Shown piece after piece: positions 11,851 through 25,450 of a DNA stretch of 64,000 nucleotides. The DNA is from the human T2T-CHM13v2.0 reference genome, Homo sapiens. Location: assembly GCF_009914755.1 (NCBI RefSeq), contig NC_060934.1; one strand, 5' to 3'. The notes beneath the pieces were generated by a model. The model did not search any database. It was not told where the DNA came from and worked only from the letters and a program-made list of their open reading frames with translations. Within the stretch, counting starts at the first letter, position 1. Each line of letters starts with the position of its first letter. A program made the position numbers and the translations under genes.

Positions 11851-13659
11851 GCAACAGAATCAGGAGTGTTGCTTTTTGCTTATAACCCAACTTCTACATG
11901 TGGGAAATGTGGAACGAAGAGTCAGGCTGTTTTGAAATAGGCTTCACATACTTCAGACTGGTATGGTAGAAAGTGATGGACACAAACAGGGAGAGGCCCT
12001 GCCATTTGATGGCTGTATGATCTCGGATAGAGCACACTTCTCTCTGGGACTGAGGGTCATGATCAGTAAAATGTGGTGAATTGGATTAGGTTGGATTTGG
12101 AAAAGTCTAGTGTACACACTAAGAGAAAGATGAAAAGAAATATTTTCAGGTATCATCGGCTCAACCAAAATTCAGGACACAATTGTGAAGCTTCTCACTC
12201 TATGGGTGGATGAGCAAATGTGCAGTAGACTCTAAAATGGGCTATGGAAATTTACAAAAAATCCAAACAACAAAAAAGGTGGGGCTCAATTAGATTTTTC
12301 TTTCCGGCTCCTGACACATCTGCCTTTGGAGCACTCACTGGCACAGACAGCTAATTACCTTCTTTTCCTTGGTGGTTCCAGTAGGTGGGGGGGAAAGTTT
12401 TCATTCTAACCAACAAGCCCCATATTGCAAAGAAAATAGTTTTTCTGTGTTAAGAGAAAAAAAACGCAAATTCTGGAGTTGTGCTAATCTTCCTTACACC
12501 CTCTATAGCTTGAAAAATTCATTTCAGAATGCATATCCAAATTATAGTAGCATCTTTTGGCTCCCTGGTGACCCAACACCACGTACACAATTTTAATGAT
12601 CTATATTCTAAGGTGGTTGAACAGTGGTCTCTCCCAAGAGACTTGGAAGTCTCTGAGGCATGTGTTCAAAAAACACAGCTGGTGGCAGGCCTTGAAATCC
12701 CAGTGGGGTGAGCATGGAGCCTGGAGCCTAGGTAGGGGAGGGGAGGAGGCTGATGCACTGACCATGTCTACACAGACTTGGTGCCGACTCAGCAACATGG
12801 CGGCATCCGGCACGAACCGTAGTGAAAGGGGTGTAATGGGAAGAGGGCGAATATGGAGTAGAGTGGGGCTGAGGTGCCAGAGGTATCATTCAAAGAGAAA
12901 TTGAGTTCTCTTTTTCCCTTGTTGTGACCATAGACTAGAATCAAAGACTGTCAGCTTCTCTAGGTGAGGCTCTGCTCATGTTAGGTCAAGTTTATGCTAG
13001 GAGACAACAGAGCCATCCATCCACTTCCCTCCCTTCTCCTTCTCCTCCTCCCTCCCAGCTAAAGGGCTCTATAGAAACTGACCACAGTTGATCACTGGCT
13101 GGCTCTGGGGTTACTGAGGCCTGCTCTTTATGGGGCTCTAGGCTCATCAACCTCTACTGCTTGCTTTGCTCTGCCCTGGATTGCTCTCCTTGTCAATAGG
13201 GTGGATTCTGTGTCTCTTGGGCTTACTATTGTCTTGGACTGAGCTATTTTTCTGGGACTACTCCTGGCTGGGGCAAACACTGTGGCTGTGGGTGAGAGGA
13301 ACGCACTTCCACCACTGCAGGGGTTCCCTGAGGCTGTGTCTGTCTTCCTTGCCAGTGAGGGGTAAGATGGGACACCATAGGACCTCACTGGAGGGACACA
13401 AAGCATGGTCCCTGAACTCATGGGCTTCAAGGCTGATGGGGGAAGGATCATGATGCCCGTAAACCAGACGGGGTATGGCACGGGTCCTGGGAGGAGGAAC
13501 ATCGAAGAAAGTCAGAGGGCAGTCTTTTCCAAAAATCAGAACAACCCTCCTTCTTTATTTTTTCTTTTTTTCTTTTGTCCCAAATGAAACTATGTAACCA
13601 AGCAAATCGGATCAAAGCTAAAGGCAGATCTTCTCTAGTTGAAGTGAGAGATGGGAGTC

Positions 13660-14420
<761 letters not shown>

Positions 14421-16259
14421 AACCATTTTCCTGACAGCTTGGAAATTAATTATCCTGCTTATTTGGGCAAAGGAGAGTTCACTGGGGGAAGAGTAGAATA
14501 TGATGGTGGGCTCTGCAGAGGAGCTGGGTTTGGATCAGGCCACAAAAGGGAAGCAAGGCTTTAAGTAGATGGAGAAAAGGGAAGGGGGTGGTTCTGGAGC
14601 AGGGAGAGGCAGAGATGTGGTCAGGGGCTATCCTGGAGGGCACAGGAGGTCTGCATCTGGTGCCAGGGTGGGCTAGTATGCCTGGAAGGGCATAGCTGTG
14701 AAGGGCATGCTGCTTTCTGGGGGTGTAGGGTGGGAGCAGGAATGGCAATGGGACAAGAGCAAGTCATTCAAAGGTGCCTGGAAAGAATGTTGGACCCAAA
14801 TCTGCTTTTAATGAGGCACCTGAGTTTGCTTCTGCTTTAAAGGTACCTTGGAGGGAGTGATCTTGTGCAAACCCTCATCCTTGTCTCCCTGGTCCAGTAA
14901 CCCAGGCCTTTCCTTTCTCTTGCCAACATGCTACCACTCAGCTGTTGTCCCTGCATGGCTGCAAGGAGCCAGCAGCTACATCATCGACCTCCCCAAGGGT
15001 TGGGAGTTGGTGGGTGAAGTCCATTCAGGTGCTCACAGCAACCTCAGGTGGCTTGGAGGGGGACGGAGCAGACCATCTTCCTCTGGGTCACCTAGGGTGA
15101 GTCTATCTCCCAGGCCCTGCGTGGAGCCTCCTTGCTTCATGGTGATGGCAATTGCAGCCGTCGCCTGCTCACAGATTTGCTGTGACACTGGCAGGGAAGG
15201 CCTCTGATGGACACCCACACTGCCTTGGGGAAGTTGGGGGGTGCCCTTCCAGATGGTGTGGGGAGTAATCACAGAAATGTGGACTCTGGGAGGGATGGAG
15301 AGGAAGAGGGGACGTGGAGCCAGGGAGGGCTGACGGCTTTCTTGAACTTCCCTTTCTGTGAGTGGGGACATCCCTCCCAAAGCTTCTCCTCGCCCCAGCA
15401 CAATCATACCACAGGAGATCTAGAAAGTAGCTCCAACTGTGACTTGGTTTCCCTTTATGCCTTAGGACTGGCTCTCCATGTTCTCCGACACGTACCAAAG
15501 TGGGCCTGCAAATCTGTGTTCTTCTGGGTGAGGCTCTGAAGAACAATGGGGAGTGGGTGTGAGGGGTGGCTATGTGTGGAAGTCCCTTCCAGCATCTGCC
15601 GGTGCCCCTGCCAAGTGGCTCTCTCTTCAGGACCCCCTGTGGTCAGCACATGCTCCAGGCAAGAAGACAGACCCTCTGTTGCCCTCCAGGAGGGAACAGG
15701 GCCTGGGAGTGGAAGCAGCGTTAGAAAGTGTTGGAGATTGGGGTTGGCAAGGAAGCGAGGGTTGCACTGAGCAGGTCCTGAGTGCAGGGCTGAGGGGTCT
15801 CCACTGTTTCCTGGGAGCGGCAGAGCCACTGAAGTTTTCTGCATAAAAGCAGCAAAGTGATCTGCTACAACAGTGGGGGATAGACTGGGGGCAGAGGCCA
15901 CTTGGAAGAGGTTGAGTTGTCCGGGTGTGAGGGATGAAGAGCTGAACTACAGCATGGTGGAGCAGTGGGGAGGGAAGGAAAAGATGCAGGAGAACTTCTG
16001 GAAGACCAGTAACTTTGCATCGGAAAGACCCACCCAATGGGACAGCTTGACCCAGCCCTGCCAGCTGCATTTTCTTTGGGAGAGCCTTCCTAATTAAGGT
16101 GACTTTTGTCAGGTGGATGTGTAATTAAAACAGCAGAACTTCTAACCTTTGAGGCCCTTAGCAGTCCCAGGTCAAAAATAATGGTCTGGTCCTCAGAGAC
16201 AGTTAATGCCAAGGTAACTGGGAGAGAAGCCTTCTGAAACGGCAGGTTGTGCAGCATGC

Positions 16260-16460
16260 AGCCCAGCCTCCAGCCATGTCCCACATCTGCTGTGTGCCCT
16301 GGGGCAAGTAAACAACCTCTGTGAATTTGTGTTTTCTTACCAGCGAAATGGGACAGTGACAGTCCCAATCACCACGTTGTGCAGTGATGAACTAGGCTCA
16401 GCCCAGTGTGTGTTGAATGGGGGGCCTGGCACACGGTAAGCATCTGGTGAATGGCCATTG
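16260..16460 (+). mobile_element. MIR
   Basis: ctgctgtgtgccctggggcaagtaaacaacctctgtg...gcctggcacacggtaagc. Confidence 0.7.
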
Positions 16461-17614
16461 GGATTCATGTCAACCTGGCTGCGAGTCTTCTCAAAGACTC
16501 TTCCTTCTCCCAGTGTTCCCCAAGAGCCCTTCCTGATTTCAGATCAGTCTTTGCTCTTGGGATACCCTGAAGTTTCCTTTTCCCTGTTCTGATAACCAGC
16601 CCTGAATTTCCTCAAGGATCCTTCAAGACCTCTTGGAATTCAGGTGCTCACAGTTCTGGGGGACTCTCTGGCCAGGTGCCTTTTCTGAGGTCACCGCTTC
16701 ATAAGGGTCCCTTGCTCACCTGTGAATTTCTCTTCCTTTTCCCTGGCCTGTCAGTGATATGGAAGGCAGAAATTTATCTGGAAGCTGGGGTGGGGTAGCC
16801 GTGTGCTTTTTTCTGTACTAGGAACCAGTAATTTCGTTGGTCAGATGCTGCTAAGTATTTAGACAATGGCTTTGCCAAAAGTGGTGACCAAAAGGGACTT
16901 ATTAGCACTCCATCAATTAGCTTATAGCTCCGAATGCGATGCCCTCAAGTGTCCTCTGTGCTCTTATCATATTGGCTGAGTCTGGCATGAATGAGGTGGC
17001 CTGATGCCAAATGTTCAGTTGAGAATGGAGGGGACTAGCCTTTGGTGCCTCCGGGATGGAGGATATCAGAATGGGAAGAGGTTTGGGAGCATCTGGGGAT
17101 TAAGGAGGCCAAGTTACTCACTGTCTGATAAAAAGCATCTTTGTGGACTGGGACCTAGGAGTTCTTGTAATGTGCCTGGTGGAGAGAGGGGAGGGTGCGT
17201 GGTTTTAAGGTTTTTCCCTTCGCCAAGAATGGAAATAAGACAGAGCACTGAAGTCTACTCAAAGACTGGTGGGGAATTTCTGGCAGAGTATTGAGCTACC
17301 CCTGTGACTTCAGAAGTCTTCAGGATGTTTTTTGTGTGTTGGGGGGGAAGCCAGCTCCTTCAGCGTATCCATTTGGGTTTGCATGTTTCCTTGGATTTAT
17401 AGTAACTTGGATGGATATAGGTGGATCCAATTTGGGTCCAGGTGTCTGTGTGTCAATGACTGGAAGATTCTGTCTTAGGAATGTAGGAAGGGCTAGTGAG
17501 CATGGCATCACACATATGGGTTAAAAAGGAACATGCTGGTCAAGAATCATGCCAACCAAGTCATAGATTTTAAGTATGGTGGGAAGCAACTGTAGATGAT
17601 ATAATTTTTTTTAA

Positions 17615-18076
17615 CTTGGTTCAGAATCCATTTTACCTTCACTCTCCTATTCTCAATCCATTAGGTTTGAGTGGGTTGACATCACTCCCTCATCTAGAGC
17701 ATTCTACTCCACTTTGGCCATGGTGAATTGTTCAGGGATAGGGCAGGTGACCCAAGCTCATCTGACGAGGCTGCATCCAGGGGTTTTTCTTGGTACTGTT
17801 GAGAACGAGGCACATTTTCTCTGCTAGAGGTTCTGGTTACCATGAAGCTTGAAGCTATTAGCAGTCAATGGGGGAGACTGAAAATGGAACAATCAGAAGG
17901 AAAAGAAGAGTGTAGATATGGAGAGAGGCAGATTCTCATGATGTTGTTTGTATACTTGGCTTCAGCCATTCTTGAAAGTCATCAAAAGTATCAGTTAAAT
18001 AAGCCTACAAATACCTCATCTACCCTTTTTTATTGTTCTTATGTCCCTGGCACCCCAAAGAATACTGGCTAACTCA
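17615..18076 (+). mobile_element. MaLR LTR, MLT1K/J-like
   Basis: ggccatggtgaattgttcagggatagggcaggtgacccaagct...ttcagccattcttgaa...caaagaatactggctaactca. Confidence 0.7.
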
Positions 18077-18477
18077 GGGTTTTAATTGCCTCTACTAATC
18101 CTGTCGCCTCTTCTTGGACACCTCTGTGGATGGGAATCTCATTTCTTTTGGATGTAGGAAGACCTAGAATTAAAACAGCACTCTTTCCCAAGCACGGGTT
18201 TGTGTGCCTCTCTCCTGGGAAGGAATTAGTTACCGCATTCAGTTCATCACCATCCGTTCTGTGAATTGTTTCTGTTACACTCAAACTTGATTGCACAGTA
18301 AGATGCTTTGTTGGGTACCTGGAAATGCCTGATATGGGGCAACATCCTGAAATTGGTTAGCAGGCATCTTGAGAGATAGGCAGCTGCAGGGAACAATCAC
18401 CATCCAATCCCCAGGCTGGAGCTGTGAGCTCTTGACCAGCTAAATCAGGGGCATGAGGCTTTGGCTCCATCAGATTA

Positions 18478-18582
18478 CTTTTCTTTCCTTCCTTTCCTTC
18501 TTTCCTTCTTTCTTTCCTTCTTTCCCTCTTCCTTCCTTCCTTCCTTCCTTCCTTTCTTTCTTTCTTGCTTGCTTGCTTGCTT
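18478..18582 (+). repeat. Compound (CTTT/CCTT/CTTG)n tract derived from the Alu tail
   Basis: Directly visible pyrimidine-rich tetramer array adjoining the Alu 3' end. Confidence 0.9.
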
Positions 18583-18861
<279 letters not shown>

Positions 18862-19239
18862 CATCTTTGTTTCTTGTCAAATGATGAATTGTATTTCCTT
18901 AAAGATAACACCTGGCTCGACCCTGGTTGACATTTTCCTTGCCTGCTTGTTGGTATTTTGCATGCAAAGACCTCAACTTTGAGGAGTGCCTGGGGGCTGC
19001 TCAGACCGGTAGTCAGTGGAGTAGTTGCAACGGCGCTGCATGGAGCCATCTGAGCTCTTTCCTAGCCAATGAGGCACCAGTTTGTGAAAAGAGCTTAGAG
19101 GGTGCAAGGATGCAGGCTGCACTCATGCAGCAGGACAGAACAAGGCAGCCCCATCAGTTCCAGGCCCCACCAGCTTCAGCCGAGGCAGACTGTGAGGCAA
19201 AGCGGAGTTATGTGATTCTCCAGCAAGGACCATGGCATT

Positions 19240-19660
19240 TATGGATTTATATTGCCTTGCATAGTTGGGAAGTTCAAGGGGCAGACCAGACTTCAGGCCA
19301 ACCAGATCCAGGGTTTAAACAATGTCACCAGGGCTCCTCTTTCTCCCTTGTCTCTGCTCTGCTTTCCTGAGTGTGTCCTCATTCTCAATGCAAGCCTCAG
19401 GCTTGTATCTTCCTCATGGCCAGTCCCAGAGAGGTACTGCCATCTTTCTCCCTCATTCTTATTCATCCCTGAAAAAGACTGATTGGTAGACTTGGATAGC
19501 ATACCCTCTTCAATCATGTGCTAGGGATTGAGCGCAGAGTACTCTCATTGTCCATCCTGGAGGATAGTACTTGTGGCTCCTGGATTGACAGCCCAATCAG
19601 AAACAGGTGGTGTAGGTACAGTAATTTTCTAAAGTAAGGGAAGCAAGGTGGACCCAAAAG
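19240..19660 (-). mobile_element. MaLR LTR, MLT1K/L-like
   Basis: gacttcaggccaaccagatccagggtttaaacaatgtcaccagggctc...tctctgctctgctttcct. Confidence 0.65.
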
Positions 19661-20202
19661 TAAGGGAGATTTTCCATAGCCCCCACAGTGAGCAGTTACC
19701 TTTCAAATGCAACTCCATTGGATTGGTGTTGGCCGCCACAGTCAGTGGATAAGGAGGCTGCCATTGATTGGCAGGGTCTGCCGTGGGTGCACGACATGAG
19801 CATGGTAAACACAAGCACTGTATTTACTGTCTGAGCTTCTATGGAATGATGGGCTGGAAGGTTCACACCGATTTAGTTTGGAGGAAGTTCCTAGTTGCAC
19901 ATCAGAGGAATTGATCCAGAAATCTCAGGGTACATCATTAACTTGCTCCCAGCCTCTCCCCCTATCCCATCTCCCTGCTTCACAGGAGCATTTCCTCCCT
20001 GTTCAGGGCCTCTGCTTGGGCTGGGAGAGGAAGCCCAGGGCACTCTAGCCTGTGGACCCTTCTCTTCCCATAGTGCCCTGCAGAGGTCTTTAATTATTTC
20101 TCCTCTGGGAGAAGGGGCTGTTCTGGGGCCAGGGGCTCTTATGGCCAGATGCTTCCTTCTTGTCTTCCATCCTGGACTGAGAGGGAAAGAAAACAAAAAA
20201 CA

Positions 20203-20223
20203 AACAACAACAACAACAACAAC
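20203..20223 (+). repeat. (AAC)7 microsatellite
   Basis: Directly visible. Confidence 0.9.
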
Positions 20224-20329
20224 AGAGAAGAGAACAGGGAGGAGGAGAGCCCTGAAGCAATTTGGATGTCTGAGTTGAGTCTTCTCTCCCGAATCAACGG
20301 CATCTTGGTTGATGAAGGGAAAAAGTCAG

Positions 20330-20480
20330 TGACCTGGAAAGCTGGGTTCAAGAGCCAGTTCTGACCCAGTAAGTCAGGGCCCTTGGCACCTCTGGGTTTA
20401 GTTTCCCCATCCCTAAAACAAAGGGTGAGCACTTTACATCCTTCTCCAGTGCAGTTGTTTGGAAGCAATGCTAGAATTAA
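20330..20480 (+). mobile_element. MIR fragment
   Basis: ctgggttcaagagccagttctg...cctctgggtttagtttccccatccctaaaa. Confidence 0.6.
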
Positions 20481-20506
20481 GAATGAAATCCAGTAGTAAC
20501 CCTTGG

Positions 20507-20822
20507 GGCTAGGTGTGGTGGCTCACGCCTGTAATCCAGCACTTTGGGAGGCTGAGGCGGGTGGATCACCTGAGGTCAGGAGTTTGAGACCAGCCTAGTT
20601 AACATGGTGAAACCCCGTCTGTATTAAAAATACAGAAATTAGCCAGGTGTGGTGGCGCGCACCTGTAATCCCGGCTACTCGGGAGGCTGAGGCAGGAGAA
20701 TCACCTGAACCCAGTTGCAGTGAGCCGGGATCATGCCACTGCACTCCACCCTGGGCGGGCAACAGAGTGAGACTTTGTCTCAAAAAATAAATTAATTAAT
20801 TTTAAAAATTAATAAAATAAAA
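20507..20822 (+). mobile_element. AluSx-like with ~10-bp right-arm deletion
   Basis: ggatcacctgaggtcaggagttt; gaaccca|gttgcagtgag lacks GGAGGCGGAG; TSD cagtagtaacccttg/cagcagtaacccttg. Confidence 0.95.
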
Positions 20823-21039
20823 CAGCAGTAACCCTTGTGTCCTTCTCATGATGGCATCTCACACAGAGCAGGGAAAGTAGTTCTTCTATTCGCTCATACA
20901 CATATGAAATCCCATGCAATTTTTTCAAGAACAAAGAGAGTTTGGATTCAGGGGGGCCGGATACAGTTGAACTCCATTTGCTTCACTCTCACAGAGCAGT
21001 AATTTATCTGGCCCCTTCCTTTTTTTTCTTCCAGTGATC

Positions 21040-21185
21040 ATGAAACATGAGATCTAGTATCAACTTTGCTGGGTGACCTCAGGCAAGTTACTTGTCTTCT
21101 CTGTTACATTCTTCCTCTGCAAAGTGGGGATGAGATTATCCACGTTATTGGACGGCTGGCTGGGATGTTCAGATATGATAATGGC
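21040..21185 (+). mobile_element. MIR fragment
   Basis: gctgggtgacctcaggcaagttactt...ttcctctgcaaagtggggatga. Confidence 0.65.
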
Positions 21186-21207
21186 TTTGGAAACCATAAA
21201 GACACAG

Positions 21208-21551
<344 letters not shown>

Positions 21552-23430
21552 TCAAAACTGGCCTAAGAATGGGCCAGAAATTCCTTTAGGCCTGTTCATA
21601 CTATGCCTTACACTTAGCAGACACGGAGCAAATATTTGTTGAATGATTAGAATCCCAGGGGCTTGTTTGAATATGAAACTCGACACAGCACTTGGGCTGT
21701 GCTACTTAATGTCCCGGCCTCAGGTCTCTGCTGGGGTAACTGGCAGGGAGGGTTGGAGCCAAGACACCAGGGCTGTGTGATGTGTGTGTGGGGCTGGAGA
21801 CCTCGACTGTAATGCCAAAGCCACTTACTGGCCTGGAATGGGGCCAAATGTGAGCCAAGGTAGGAAGACAGACTTCTAGCAGTAGGCATAGGGGGTGGTG
21901 GTGGGAAGGCTGTGTTTTTCTGCTTGTGTCTTAGGAAATGTAGCTGTTTTCTCTCTTTTGGGAATAAATTACTGTGGCTTTATTGCTCTTACAGGAGTTT
22001 CTGGAAACTCTGACTGGATGAATCCCAAATACTGAATTCTTTTCTGAGTATCCAACTCCCCCAGATCCCCATTTGGAAGGAAAATGGGGTCAGCTTCTTT
22101 GCCTCTTCTATTCACCCTCCAAACAGGGTAACCACAGCATGATCTCTGAAGTTTTTTTTTTTCCCAAGGAATTCTACAGAGATGGCTGAGCCGTTTCTCC
22201 CAGACCCACAGCCACTCCCTGAGGGTGAAGGGCATTGCTTTGAAAGTCTTGTCACCTCCCTGATGAAGATGCTCAACCCTATCAGGACAGAGCTCAGGCT
22301 GGCAGAGGTCAACTCACCCCCTGTACTATTTTCCTTGCTCCTGAGAAACACATATGGATATTCATCAAAAGCTTCTATCCCCATGCAGATGCGTACAGCT
22401 TAGGAAGCATCGGGGATGCTATAGAGTCAATTAAATTAATCTCCCCCGTTCCCTATCTTAGAAAAATGTTCTGTGCAGCCAAACATCTGTAGCCCTGGAT
22501 ATGTAATCTCCTTGTGTTTTGTTTTGCTCCAGACAAAATGGTGGAAAAGCCGAAATTTATGCCTTTGGAATCTGAGGCATTAACTGTTGTAAATCAGCCT
22601 TGGGTGCCCAAAGGTAACAATTACCGCTCTCATTAATAGATTTCCCCAGCCTCACTCTTAAAACAACTCTAGAAATGTCTCCGGGGACAGGGTGGGGGAA
22701 GTGTGCCTGGGGATCACTAACAGTCAAGCACCCTGGGCAGAGAGGGAGGCTGCACCCTTCTCCCCAGGGCCTTCCCAGTGGACATGAGAGAAAGCACACT
22801 TGGAGGCCTCCAGACAAGGGTAGGGGCTGTTTGCATGAGTAGACCTGAGTGAGAAGCAGGACTCCCAGGGCTGGGTGAAGCCCTTCTAGGCAGGGGATTA
22901 GAAGCACTGGGTCTAGCAGAGGAAGGGACTTGCGGGAGGGGGAGGGAACATCTGCATGTCTATTACCAAGTGGTGACTTCCTTCTCGTGGGAACAACAAG
23001 GCTGGATGGGATCTTGGGGTCATGGGGTCTACTCTGTTAGTACTCATAGGGGACAACGGGGGCCCAGGGACTTGCCCCGGGTCAAGCAGCAAGTCAGTGG
23101 CTGAGCTGGGCTCTAAGAAGGAAAACAGCAGACTGGCCCGATAGTGTTAATAGTGTTTCTCAAATGGCTTTGGGTCCCTGCGTCTCTCTTTGCTTGGAAC
23201 GTAAACTGGATTGGAATCCAGGTAATGCTTTCTTCTGTTCTGTAGGTGGCATAAGGGTAACGATTTCAAGGCCAAATGGAAATGGTAGGTTATGGGGCTG
23301 CACTTTGCCGGGAGGCAGGGGCTGTTCCCCATCTGGGCATTTATTTGTACCTGAGTGTGGGCTAAACGCTGGACTGTAGGACACAAAGACCAGACAGTCC
23401 TTTGAGATACTTGATGATACCCTGCCCCAG

Positions 23431-23495
23431 TTTATTTATGTTTATTTATTTATATTTATATATTTTTGAGACAGGGTCTTGCTCTGTCACCCAAG
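23431..23495 (-). mobile_element. Alu 3'-terminal stub plus tail
   Basis: tttatttat...tttttgagacagggtcttgctctgtcacccaag, then abrupt loss of Alu similarity. Confidence 0.8.
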
Positions 23496-23554
23496 TACCT
23501 TTACTTTTGAGTGGGATTCTCATATTCTCTTCTGAAATACTGATTTGTGGAAAG

Positions 23555-23780
23555 AATCCATACGGGACTTGGATGCAGACTGGGCCTGCCTTAGAATCTC
23601 AGCTTCACTGGTAGCTGTGAACGTGCCTTGGGAGAGTCACAGAACTCCGCTGCTCCTGTCTGTGATGGGTGTCATTGATCCTACCTGAGATGTTGGTGGA
23701 AGGGTGAGTGCCTCACTGATCATGCTGTGCGGGTGCCTAGCAGAGTGCCTGGCACGTTGTGGGTGCTCAGAAAGTGTGTC
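23555..23780 (+). mobile_element. MIR
   Basis: gaatctcagcttcact...ccttgggagagtcac...ctagcagagtgcctggcacgttgtgggtgctca. Confidence 0.7.
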
Positions 23781-24089
23781 TCGAGTGAGTGGAAAAGAAA
23801 AGGTGCCAATTGTTATAGCAACAAGAGGGGGCTGTCCCGCCCTCCTGGGTCAGTTTCTTTCTCCCTCTGCAATGTACTCAGAGGTAAGTAACCAAAGGCT
23901 TCCTGATCTCTGGGGAGGGTTTCTGGCCCTCAGGCAAAGCTCAGCTCAGAGAGGCTGTCATGCTCCTCAGGGTGCACAACACAGCCGGCAGGCGGTCAGC
24001 TTCCCAGGCCCCCACCTACCGGCTCTGACCATCATTTCCAGCTTGTTTCAACTCCTCTAGGCTGATCGAAAGAACCCCCCCGCCCCACC

Positions 24090-24605
24090 TTTGTTTTAGA
24101 TGTGGTAAAATTCATCAGATTAACCATTGTAACCATTTTTAAGCCTGCAATTCAGTGGCATTAGGTACATCCACATTCTTGCACAACTATCACCACCATC
24201 CATCTCTAGAAGGTTTTATCTTTCCAAGAGAACCTCTGTATCCATGAAACACCAACTCCTCATTCTCCTCCTCCCCAGTCCCTGGTAACCTCTAATCTAC
24301 ATTTAGTTTCTATGAATTTGCTCATTCTGGGTACCTCGTAGAAGTGGAATCATACAATCTTTTCCTTTTGTGTCTGGCATATCTCAATTAGCATAATGTC
24401 CTCAAAGTTCATTCATGTTGTGGCACATGTCAAAATTGTGTTCTTTTTTTAAAGTCCAAATAGTATACCAGTGTTTGTGTATACCACATTTTCTTTATGC
24501 ATTTATCAATCAGTGGACCTTTAGGATTTTTTTCTCCTTTTGACTATTGCAAATAATGTTGCCATGAGCATTGGTGTATAGATATCTCAGTCTCTGCTAT
24601 CTGTC

Positions 24606-24652
<47 letters not shown>

Positions 24653-24875
24653 ATCTATCTATGTATCTATGTATCTATCTATCTATCACCAATTATCTAT
24701 CATCTATCAATCTCCCTAATCAATCATCTATTATCTATCGATCATCTATCTTATCAATCTATCATCTATTATCTGTCTATCTACCTACCTACCTACCTAC
24801 CTACCTATCTTATGAATATACCTAGAAGTGAAATTGCTAGATCTGTATTTAATTTTTTGAGGATCCTCCATATTA
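24090..24875 (-). mobile_element. L1MB-like 3' end interrupted by a TCTA microsatellite
   Basis: aattcagtggcattaggtacat...gtggaatcatacaa...tagcataatgtcctcaaagttcattcatgttgt...atatacctagaagtgaaattgct. Confidence 0.9.
24597..24810 (+). repeat. Complex (TCTA)n/(CCTA)n tetranucleotide STR
   Basis: 11 perfect TCTA units at 24607-24650, followed by variant units and a CCTA block. Confidence 0.95.
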
Positions 24876-25239
24876 CCTCTTATTTTAACTTTCCCAGTGG
24901 AAGGGGAGTGCTGCAAGGCTGGGTGCACTGGACTCCATGGCAGACTACTCTCTTCCATGTAGGGCCTCTCCTAAGTTAGAGATGGGGGCTGTGGCTGGAC
25001 AAGGAGGCCCCTGAAGCTGGCATGGGGTCCCTGGGTGGTTTAGCAGTCCCCCTATTCCCCTAACCTCAATTTTATACTCAGCTCTAGGAAAGAAAATACT
25101 AGCTCTACCCCCATGGACAGAAAGAGATTGTCTTATTCTTACGGTTAAACAACAACAAAACTCCCACTCCATGCACATATACAAATTCTAAGTTTTGCTC
25201 AGAAAGGCAAGTTAAGCAGTTTTACAATATTGTGATTAC

Positions 25240-25450
25240 ACAGATGGGCTTCGGAGCCAGTTAAAATTCTGGTTCTGTCACTTATTAGCTGGGGACTTCG
25301 GGCAAATCACTGAACATATGAGCCTCAGTTTTCACATCTATAAAATGGAGATCACAGGTTTTTGTGACACATCAGAGAGACGTTGTATGTGGAGAGCTGT
25401 GTACAGTCTTGGGCATGCAGAGAGCTCTCAGCCCATGGGCTGGGATTTCA
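25240..25450 (+). mobile_element. MIR
   Basis: ggttctgtcacttattagctggggacttcgggcaaatcact...gagcctcagttttcacatctataaaatgg. Confidence 0.85.

Noticed and set aside
12788-12808. REST/RE1 site
   Set aside because: The left half has a mismatch in CAGCACC and the GGACAG half is absent
23881-23889. Perfect splice donor GAG/GTAAGT (others near 551, 6392, 29334, 43775)
   Set aside because: Isolated donors occur by chance at this frequency; no consistent exon chain or reading frame could be built
24571-24825. YLSI-repeat ORF
   Set aside because: Translation of the TCTA microsatellite
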